Origin: Amoebophrya sp. A120
Lineage: Eukaryota; Protista; Dinoflagellata
Reading direction: 5' to 3'
NCBI GenBank assembly: GCA_905178155.1
Contig: CAJINV010000004.1
Span: forward strand, 7,533,768 to 7,597,767
Length of the DNA stretch: 64,000 bases
Below are positions 36,203 to 45,902 of the stretch, in pieces. The notes beneath the pieces were generated by a model. The model was not told the DNA's origin and ran no database searches. It saw only the letters and a list, made by a program, of their open reading frames with translations. Within the stretch, counting starts at the first letter, position 1. The number at the start of each line of letters is the position of its first letter. The position numbers and the translations under genes were made by a program.

Positions 36203-39200
36203 TTACAGCTCCTTCTTCATGTGCCGCTCCTTCAGAAAGATTCCGGCATCGGTGTCGAGCTTCAAGGTCACCGGACCGAGCCGGAGCACCGTTTTCCAGA
36301 AGACGACGAACAAGCGAAAAAACGGCATGTAGAAGGGCTGGAACAGCAACACACCCGTGAAGTACGGCGCCGATTTGCACCACGGGGACCCCGCAAACCG
36401 GAAGCCCAGAAACGACGCAAGCCAGTCGACATCCACCTCTATCAAATGCAAAAATGTCTGGGTCGGGAAGAGTCATGCTGCTTTTGCATGACGCGTAAGG
36501 TCTGGCATGGAAGCTGTAGCATCACAGATTTCGAGAAGCTTCCGCAATGCCGAATTCCGCAATGCCACATTTTGGTGACAGAAAGTGGGCAGCTTTTGCT
36601 GCCTATGCATGAGAGATTTTTATGTGTTGTGAAATGCGCATCACAAGTTCGCATTCCTCCAGACCCAGACATATTTGCAGTTGATAACCTCGTAGCCGTC
36701 CTTGAACAGGTCGAAGTGGTAGTCCTCCAGATTCGCTGGCACGCCGCCGCAGGAAATTGTATCAAACGCAAATATGTCTGGGTCTGGAAGAATGCAAGTT
36801 TGTCATGCTTGTTTCACATGACTCTGAAATCTGTCATGTTGGGAGACTAAGGGCAGGGCGTCCCTGTTTAAAATCAAGACTACAAACTTAAGCCGCGTAC
36901 TCGGTAAACTCTAAGGTACAAACTTGAACAGCGCGATTTCTATCGAGAGACAGCAACAGAAACTCCTGGGACGGCTGGGACGTGAGTTTTGTTGATATCT
37001 AGGTAGAAATAGCACTGTGCAAATTTCGTATCCTAGCACCGAGGGAACCAAAATAAAAAGTAAAAAAGGAGTGAAGCGAAACACTATGACACAGCCCCAT
37101 CTACATCAAAAAACCATCCTAGAAGCTGGTAGCTCGAATTCTAGCAAGACAGGAAAAAGTCTTGAAGAGGAGTTGCGATCGTAGCACCAACATCCAAGTC
37201 CAAGGACTAACATGCAAATGGCCAGGTAAACCTCGAGGTCGGTATGACATGCATGACAAACTATGACGACCAGGATAATGTGCTACGAGACCAGAGGAGA
37301 GCATGACCAAACCGAGAAACCGCATGACAAGAGAGGGCCACGTTGCAACCAATTCGAGAACCAGGATGGAAACATGAGTGCGAAAAACCCCTAGGAAAAA
37401 ACTAAAGAGTAACTAGTATATAAATAAGTAGCGCGCGTAGTAAAACTAGACCGGTCAAACCACTTCTGCCTGTACCGTCTCTATTCTTTTTTCCCTTGCC
37501 ACCCTAAGAAGTGGCACAACAATGCTAATCATACAAGAGCGATTTGATCATGGCGTGCAAGAACAGGCGCACGTGCCTAGTTTTCATTCCCAAAAGGCAA
37601 GAGCCTCTGCATACAAAATGCCAGAAACATCGGTCAAAATACAAACAAGATCGGACGACGCCGATGAAACCGAAGTGACTCTGAAATCTGTCATGCAAAT
37701 TACCCAAGACCCCCATTTTGCTGTCATGCAGAAACGCAGTTTGTCATGCAGAATAGGCAACACCTAGAAGCTCACAAACTTGTCATGCTGAGCCAGCACT
37801 TGTGGTCTCCTCATGATACGCCACCCAGCATCACAAGTTTCCAGACCCAGACATTTTTGCAGTTGATAAATTGGAATCAAGTACAAGATCGCAAGCTTGG
37901 CGGACCACATCAGAAGGCAGTGCATGGGCATCATGTAGGCATAGAGCAACCCCTTGCGGTGCGCGTCGGCGTCTTTCAGGGTCAGACCCTCGATTCGCAC
38001 CGGGTAGTAGGTGCCGCGCAACTTCTTCAAAAACCGCAGGTACAGCGCCCAGCCCGCGTCGGCCCACTTGTCCGCGAGGTAACCGGTTACCGGGAAGCGG
38101 AAGTCGACCCAGTCGAAGGAGTAGTATCAAGTGCAAAAATGTCTGGGTCTGGAAATTTGTGATGCTAAAATATGAGTGGTGGGCGCACTGCAATACGCAG
38201 TCAAGCATGACAAATTTTTGAGCTGCTCTTGTGTTTCCTTTTCCGCATGGCAAACTGCGTTTCTGCATGACAGACAAGAGGCCCTTTTCCTGATCCTGCA
38301 TCACAGATTTATGAGTCATGCCAGACACGCATGACAAACTTGCATTCTTCCACTTCCAGACCCAGACATATTTGCATTTGATAAGTAGTGAATCGTTTCG
38401 ATTCGGTCGGCGTGGTGCTCCTCCTTGTGCTTCTTGCGGTCCGCGAAGCCGAAGAGTTCCAGTGTCTGGTAGAACCACTTGGCGCCGACAAACCGGGCGC
38501 TCCACGGGTTCCAGGAGGTGAAGGCGAGGGTGTTGGTGTGGTACCACTCGTGCACCCGCACGTCCTATGCATTGCAAAAGTATCGCACTCGTATGCAGGC
38601 ATTACAAATTTCCCCAGCATGAGAATTGAAATTTGTACTGCGGATTTACCTTAAGAAAAAGATTTGTAATGCATGACTGCAAGACGAGTACGATGCTTTT
38701 GCACAGGATACGTCCATCCACACGACGACGTTCCAGATCAGCGCGAACATCGGGTCCCAGCAGTTGATATGAAATGCAAAGATGTCTGGGTCTGGAAGAA
38801 TGCAAGATTTGTCATGCATATTTCTCATGACACATGATGCCTGTAATGCATGACCCAGCACCGCAGACTACTTTTAGAGGGCTTTCTGATGCGCCTTCCG
38901 CATGAGGAATGCCCTGTCCGCGTAGCACAAACTGGAGCCCTCTTGCTGGTCATGCAAGAATACAAATTTCTTTAGAATCCAAAAACACCATGACAAGTTG
39001 CATCCTTCCAGACCCAGACATATTTGCAATGCATAATTGACGAAGATCAGCATGTTCAGCGCCCACAGCATGGTCGGCTGGTGGATGACCACACGGTACA
39101 CGTGCGGCGTGCGGGAGTACATGCTATGGAACAAGTGTCAGAATGGAAATTCTCAAAGTGGAAATAATTTGTGATGCATGAAATGCGACACCAAAAAGAC

Positions 39201-40186
39201 TGTATTGCAGAGGACGCAATGGAGACTGACTCTTGTGCTTCTACGGGTTCAGAATTGGGCTGCTGATTAGCACGAGAGAAGGGCACACCTTTGCCCTAAT
39301 TAGCATGACAGACATGTTGTTTGAGTGCCCGGGAAATCTGTCATGCGCCGATGAGAAATGGGAATGGCGCTTCAAACAACTGGAATCGTTTTTTTGCATT
39401 AAAAATTATTTTCCCTTTGAGGATTTCCATTCTGACACTTCCATACATGCGGGGGTCCACGTAGTGGTGAAAGAAGGCCCAGGGGAACCCGATGGTGTGG
39501 TCCGCTTGCCAGGATTCGAGCATCACCATGTGCAGGTACAGGTGGACGATGACGAACGCGAAGGGCTGCAACGCCAGCGCGAGCAGCAGGCGGGCGGCAA
39601 TCACGTGAACCCAGGATTCCGCTCCGGGGTACAATGCGTTAGCTTCCCACTGGGTCACCAGGTAGACGAAAAATCCGCCGGTGAACACGTAGATGAAAAG
39701 GAAATCAAACACAACGAAGTATTTTTCCCAGCTATCGCGTTCCTGCATGAAATTTTCGTACAGCGGGCCCCACTCCTTCATGTCGATGGCTTCTCCGACG
39801 ACTCTCCCGTCCGCATCACGAGAAGCCCCGCGCGGCAGAGGTTCCTCGTCGAGTTCTTGGTTCTGTTCATTTTGCTTTGTTCCCATGGTAGTAGTTCTTG
39901 GAGATGACGCATGTTGCTGTTGATCTAGTACTCTGGTCTGCTTGCTACTAGAGGACTTGTCACCACAACGACGTTTACTGGTTGATGTGGAACAACTACT
40001 CGCCGGTGACTTGGAGCTGCTCTGCTTCTGCTTTTTCGACGTGGTGGGGGTGGTCCCGCGACTGCGCTGGATGGAGGTAGAGGTAGTTGTCGTGCTGCTC
40101 TTGGAAGACGACTTTGTAGTTGTCGTTGCTTCTTCGCCTCGATGCTCCTCGAGAAGCGTCGGCGCAGCCGGTTGCGTTACTGTCAT
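36203..40186 (-). CDS. His-box membrane lipid desaturase-like protein (TMEM189/CarF/FAD4-like)
   Basis: Frame is continuous through 6 introners. His motifs HLYLH, FFHHYVDP, VHEWYH and KKHKEEHH; several TM segments; C-terminal KKEL. Confidence 0.55.
36440..36686. mobile_element. Introner family A
   Basis: DR ACCTC; GYEV|DVDW. Confidence 0.92.
36760..37868. mobile_element. Introner family A expanded to 1109 bp by a nested insertion
   Basis: Intact A-type TIRs; DR AATTG; LIPI|SCGG. Confidence 0.88.
36839..37675. mobile_element. 837-bp nested insertion, possibly LTR-derived
   Basis: Flanked by the 20-bp duplication TGACTCTGAAATCTGTCATG (36819-36838 and 37676-37695). Segment 36837-37521 reads TGTTGG...CAACA and has TATATAAA near 37417. 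Confidence 0.6.
38125..38383. mobile_element. Introner family A
   Basis: DR AGTAG; TIHY|SFDW. Confidence 0.92.
38566..38710. mobile_element. Introner family B
   Basis: DR CGTCC; WMD|VRVHEWYH. Confidence 0.92.
38768..39035. mobile_element. Introner family A
   Basis: DR GTTGA/ATTGA (synonymous mismatch); FVN|CWDP. Confidence 0.88.
39125..39445. mobile_element. Introner family E
   Basis: TIR TATGGAA(CAA)GTGTCAGAATGGAAAT; DR CATGC; DPRM|YSRT. Confidence 0.9.
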
Positions 40187-40889
40187 TTTTTTGTTTTCTG
40201 TTTTCACTTTCCGTCGTCAGAGGCAAAAATATTAAAAATCAACTAGAGACAAACGAAAAGGCCGTAACTACGACTAGCGCGAGCGATCTTCTGGAACTAT
40301 GCAGCAATAGAAACTATGTCACACGTCGGCGTTTCGGTCCTGGGTGGAAGAATGTTGGACAGAAAGTGCAAGACAAATTTACACTTCCGCCACCCCCGTG
40401 GGCGATCTCCAACAAATGAAAAAGATGAGTCTCGATCAAAAACCATACTGATACTACTTCAACAGGCCAACATAGATGAAAAAAAAACATTCCCAAAAAA
40501 AGAAAAACGACGCGACAATAGTAGAGTCCACGAATAGGAATACGATTCGGAAATAAATTAGAAAAAAATAGTACCGACTGAGAACAACGAGAATATCAGA
40601 AAGAACTTGTAGTACTAGGGTTCACAGAAGAAAAATCTTCTAGGGATACCGAATAAGAGATAGACGGACACACTCATCAGAGCGAGTTCTAAAGCGATCA
40701 TGAAAAAAAACTGATCCCTGAACAACACGACATAGGCACAGCGAAACTGCAATTCCTTTTCATTACATGCACCTTGACCATGCATGATATCGACAGCGCA
40801 GATGCACCGCAAGTCGAAGTGTAGGGGCCAGGCGCCGAATTTTTGCAAAAAAATCCCTCGGGGCGAGTGACTTTAACCCGTTTAATTAT

Positions 40890-42635
40890 TCAGCTCTGCG
40901 CAAACATGACCATTTCCGGCATTGCCTTTTCTAAAATGTCTGCCTCCTTGTGCGCGATGTTTTCATTTGGGACGTCCAGAGGGTGTTGCTCTACAAACAG
41001 CATCTTCCCGATCAAATTTCCGCCGTTGTACCGGTCCGGCGGCGCTCCCTCGTCGAAGAGCGACAACTCGTACCAGTGCGGCGGGTCCGATTTCGGCGGA
41101 CAAATTTGCAAAAAATCCTGCTGCGCACCCCCAACCCGGGCTTTCGCCATCCGCCCGAGAAAAGGAATCTTTTCCGACCACTGCAAGATCGACGCGGAGG
41201 TCTTCGCCCCACCGAAAATGTCGTTTTGCAGCAAATCGAAGAATTCGCTGCTACCCGCGACCGCTTATCAACTGCAAATATCTCTGGGTCTGGAGTGGAA
41301 GTTTGTCATGCTTGTCTCTCATGGCTCCGAACTCTGTGATGCATGAGCAGGATGAGAGTCGCTTGTCTGTCATGCAAAAGCGCAGTTTGCCATGCAGAAC
41401 TCACAACAGACAGCAGCTCAAGAACTTGTCATGCTTGGCTGCGTATTGCAATGTGTCCACCATTCCCAAGCCAGCATCACAAGTTTCCAGACCCAGACAT
41501 ATCTGCAGTGGATACTGCTCCGTCCTTCGCAGTTTCGTCGTCTACTTTGTGGTATGCAGTGCAAAAGTATCGTACTAGTAGAAATCGCATTACAAATTCG
41601 GTCAGCATGACAAATGAAATTTGTCATGCGGTTTTACCTTGGTATGGAGATTTGTCATGCATGACTGCGATTACTACGAGTACGATGCTTTTGCAATGCA
41701 TATGTGGAAATCGTAGACCACGTCCCAGTGCACCTTCCCGGTGGTTTTATCAACAAACTTCGCGTGGATGTTTTCCACCTTCTTACTCAAGTCGATCCGC
41801 GGCCGTTTGTCGATGTTCCCGGTCAAAAAAGACGCGGTCGGGGGCATCGGGTGGCCGGCGGCTCTGTCGCAGATGAAGTTCTTGTTAAATTCCCCCTTGT
41901 CGTCAATGAAGTTGGTCGCGACGATATCCAAGGAAAAAACTGTGTTAGTGTAACTATCTTTGGCTGACAGCATTACAAATTTGCAGCTCTACATGACAGA
42001 GAAAACCTCTCATGCGTGGCTTGTAAGGGAAAACACACACGAAGAGAGGACTTCATGGCTGTCTAGCATGACAGGTGTAACTCTGTTGCATGTTCAGTTC
42101 TGCATCACAGATTTACACTTACACAGTTTTTTTCTCGCATAGACGATGTTGGGGGACTGGTAGGCGACGGTGACTTTCAGATCGTGTTTGTACGCTTTGT
42201 GATAGTTGTTGGTTTGCAGGTCCAGGAGTTTCCGCCCCTCGTCGATGAAAAACTCCTGGTATGGATTGTAAAAATGTCTGGGTCTGGAAGGTTGGAACTT
42301 GCATTGTAATGCTAGCTTTCCATACCTAGAGCTAGAAAATCTGTATTGCATAACCAACAAAAGTCGCAGCCTCTTTTGTCATGCAAAAACGCAGTTTCTC
42401 ATGCGCATTGCCTATGAGAAACCGTTTCGGGAAGTTGTCATGCCGGACTGCAACATTCGGAAATGTTTTCATCATGCACATTTTAGCATCACAAGTTTCC
42501 AGACCCAGACATTTTTGCATTTCATACCTGGTTCTTCATCGCCGCGCTGGCGACGTGATCCGTGATCCCCTTGACCGCGGTGTTCAGCGGGGCAGGAAAC
42601 CCCGCCGCGAGAGCAGTGCCGACGGCGCCTGACAT
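40890..42635 (-). CDS. Uncharacterised protein; 5' end uncertain
   Basis: Five coding segments join in frame after removing 4 introners (MKNQ|EFFID; PNIV|ATNF; DFH|KVDD; DGA|VAGSSEF). Confidence 0.65.
41266..41514. mobile_element. Introner family A
   Basis: DR CCGCT/CTGCT (synonymous mismatch). Confidence 0.88.
41553..41702. mobile_element. Introner family B
   Basis: DR TGTGG; frame restored. Confidence 0.92.
41925..42141. mobile_element. Introner family K
   Basis: TIR TAT..GAAAAAACTGTGT.AGTGTAA; DR GACGA. Confidence 0.9.
42260..42526. mobile_element. Introner family A
   Basis: DR CCTGG; also readable as a GT-AG intron. Confidence 0.92.
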
Positions 42636-43517
42636 ATTTACTTTATGTTTATCGGAAGTTTTTACGACAGTAAAAATTACTTTGAGTTTGAAAGCTGTAT
42701 TCAAAAAACCTGGGGAATCTACCGTCCTCACTGCTGGCGCAGCAGCCCGCAGTGAAAAATAAGCACGCGCTAGTAGTACCCCTACCTTGATGCGTCAAAG
42801 CAGTTCAGTCGAGTGGATGGCGATCGACGTAGCTGATTCCTTGCGACAAGCAGCGATAATTTTGTTCGAAACCGATCGAAGCGACACGACAACAGAAACG
42901 AAGCAAATTTCATCCTCTCATCTCAGATATAGATATTGCGAAAAACGAAGCGAAATTGAAAATCGAAGTGTACGATCACAAACGCGCGAAAAGTCTACGA
43001 AAAACGATTTTTAACACTGACTCTGCTTCTCCCACAAGCGAAGTGGCATGTTGTCGAAGTAGCATGTCAAGTCGTCTGCGATGTACTAAAGGGTTTGTCG
43101 TCGTTTCGGTAGCAAAAGCGTATATTAGATACATCATACATACATTGCCGCTGTAATCTTGTCGTGTTGTTCGTCGACTGTATATTGTTCGGGAAAATCA
43201 TGGTACTTAACTGGCTTGACACTACGTACTTCTACCAGGAAGTGAATTTACAGGCACTCCTACAAGGAGTCTGAATTGCAACAAAGTCGATTATCCCGAT
43301 TTTCAATTTCAGGTGGGCGTCTGCATAACAGTAAAACAGGAACAAGTATAACACGATCAAGATCAATCTCAGGACGCGAGTCCGACAAAAAGGTATGTCA
43401 AATTGAAATGACAAAAAAAAACAATATCGTCCAGCAAAATAAATAAGCTCGTTGAATTTCAAATAGGCCGCAAACCAAGAAACCAAATTTCATGACCACA
43501 AACCTGTCAAATAATTC

Positions 43518-45230
43518 CTACTGCCTTCCCGAAGAGCTGTTGTCCAGCAGCGGCTCACTGAGGCCCGAAGGCTCCGACCGTAGATTCAGTCCAAAAGGAC
43601 CCGGAGCTGCCGTGTCGCGGTCGTGATCGAAGGAATTCCTGGCTGTATTATCTTCCCGACTAGCTGCGGCGTCACCTCCTCCTCCGGTGCTTGTCAACAC
43701 ACTCATGACACTATGGGCGTGCACCGCAAGCGGAGGGCCGCGCAGCTCTCCACCTGTCGCAGAGACGAGAAACCCCGCTGCATTCCGGTCCGCGTGATCA
43801 TTCCGATCTATCGGTGCGTTTGGGACGCTCTGCGTTCGTCGCCCGACTGGTTCGAGAAAAGAGGCAAATGACGGCGGAGGGGGCCCAGGTGATGGCGCCG
43901 CAGGAGCTCCGTAACTGCTTACAGGTAAGGGGTCGGACGAGTTTAGATTTGCATATGCTCCTCTCGTCCCTGTTTGCTCGTCCAAGAATCCGCTCTGAAC
44001 ACCACCACTTTCACTCGGCTTGTTGCGTGGGACCACATTATTATAGCCACCTCCCGACAGCGGGGACTGCTTATAGTACTGTCCATAGGTGCCACCGGAA
44101 ATAGGTGACCCTAGAAATTGATTGTTGTAGTTGTTTCCACCTCCTAAAGCTGCACCTCCGCCAGGGCCGTAGACCGTGTTGTACGCCGCAAACCTGGCTT
44201 GCCGGTTCCGCGCGAAATTGATTGTGATCGTTCGCTTGTTGAGCGTGCCCTGGTTAGATGATAACAGATGGTTTGTCAAGTCGTTATTCGTGGTGAAATT
44301 ATCGTAGCTATTGTGGTTTTTGCCGGGAGAAATCAGTTCCTCCGGATACACCGAAATCCGGCTGGCGGAGGAGCCGTTGGTTCCACGACCAGCCTTATCT
44401 ATTGCCGTTACGTTTTGTTCACTCCCCCTCGCTCCTGTGCCGCGCGGAGAAGTTGTAGAGGAAATCACATTAATATCAGCTCCCGCTAGCCCGGGGCCTC
44501 CCCCTCCTAAAGGTGCAACCATTTTCATCATCGTCGTGGTCCCTGTCGTCGCTAAAAACTGTTGCTGCTGCTGATTCGATGTTTGTTGAGCTCCTGTTGT
44601 TCCTACGCCGTAGTTTTTCTGCGAAATCAAGCTGACCACTTGCTCTGACTGAATGTCCGGCGCGTCCTCTAGAACATCCACGACTAACGGCTCGGCCAAC
44701 GCGGAAGCGCTGTACCAAAACAGAATCCCAATCAGACAGGCCAGATTTCCCAAATAGCTCGGGGCGTCTCGTCTTAGGCAATTTTGCCCGTTCCCCGCGA
44801 CGCACAGGCTGTAATTCTGGTACCAGGCAAAGAACAGAAACGCCTCGGACACGAGAAAACTCATGGCCGCGGCTTGATCCAGGTTGAATTCCACGACCAT
44901 GGTCCAGAAAAAACTCGGTTTCTGCTTGCTTTCCCCATCCATTCCTCCTGACAGTTCGGCGACGTCGTTCGCGATTTGCTGTCCGGTGCGGATGAGGGTG
45001 AGGAGGCCCTTTAGTAGGAAATACCAAGCCAGCATAGTGATAATAGTCCAGACGGTCGCGAAGACGACGTGCTCCGTGACCAGGCTGTCAGTGGTCGACG
45101 TGTCGCTATCATCGACTGGGATGACCGCTTTGACGCCCACAAGGTTTTCCGTGGTCATCTCGCCCTCTGCTGGTGTCGCCGTTGTCCAGTAGGACAAGAC
45201 CGGGTCTGAAAGAGGAAAACGGGAGGTCAT
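43518..45230 (-). CDS. Intronless membrane protein (about 3 TM helices) with a low-complexity tail
   Basis: 570-aa ORF starting with ATG; hydrophobic N-terminal segments. Confidence 0.65.
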   Translation of the reverse strand: MTSRFPLSDPVLSYWTTATPAEGEMTTENLVGVKAVIPVDDSDTSTTDSLVTEHVVFATVWTIITMLAWYFLLKGLLTLIRTGQQIANDVAELSGGMDGESKQKPSFFWTMVVEFNLDQAAAMSFLVSEAFLFFAWYQNYSLCVAGNGQNCLRRDAPSYLGNLACLIGILFWYSASALAEPLVVDVLEDAPDIQSEQVVSLISQKNYGVGTTGAQQTSNQQQQQFLATTGTTTMMKMVAPLGGGGPGLAGADINVISSTTSPRGTGARGSEQNVTAIDKAGRGTNGSSASRISVYPEELISPGKNHNSYDNFTTNNDLTNHLLSSNQGTLNKRTITINFARNRQARFAAYNTVYGPGGGAALGGGNNYNNQFLGSPISGGTYGQYYKQSPLSGGGYNNVVPRNKPSESGGVQSGFLDEQTGTRGAYANLNSSDPLPVSSYGAPAAPSPGPPPPSFASFLEPVGRRTQSVPNAPIDRNDHADRNAAGFLVSATGGELRGPPLAVHAHSVMSVLTSTGGGGDAAASREDNTARNSFDHDRDTAAPGPFGLNLRSEPSGLSEPLLDNSSSGRQ

Positions 45231-45902
45231 AGTGTCGACGTGAGAGTGCTCTCAAAAACGACCAGCAGCTGATAGGAGAAAAAAGGTACAAAGCTCTAGT
45301 AGCACGCTGTTTATTCGTGGCAGGCACAGGGACAAAAATGTAGAAAATTTAGTGAGAGCAGGCGGGTCCAGTAAAGACCTGGCGCGACAATCACGGCAAG
45401 TTGCTTTCTTATTTTTTCGAAAACCAGATCACCAGCCTGGTGTTTTCAATACCGCGAGACGTCGCGGCAGTAAGTACGGAGCCGGCAGTTCAAACCGAGC
45501 AAACCTCATGCAGTCGGCAATTCAAACCGAGCAAGTGGCCTCATGCGGTCGTGGATGAAGTGGCAGACCGAACAAGTTGGGCAAATCAACCGAAAATACG
45601 TATTCCTAGCTACCAAGTCAACCGAAGTTGTACCGACATATGCACCGACAAAGCAAGTAGCGAGTTGCGCCACTTTTTAGCTGCAAACAAATCGAATAGG
45701 ACTTTTGAACAATTTTTTGTCGCCTGCTAGTAAATGGCGCCGTGGGGCCGTTCCCGTTCGTTTATGTTGTGCGATCGTCATGTGTAAAAACAAGTTGCAC
45801 CGCAATTTCCTCTGGGCCCAAAAAAGCGCCGGCATCTGTATTCTCATGTGGTATGATCAAGAAATTCCGCTTTGGCGGCCCAGCATATGGATTCGCCGCT
45901 CT

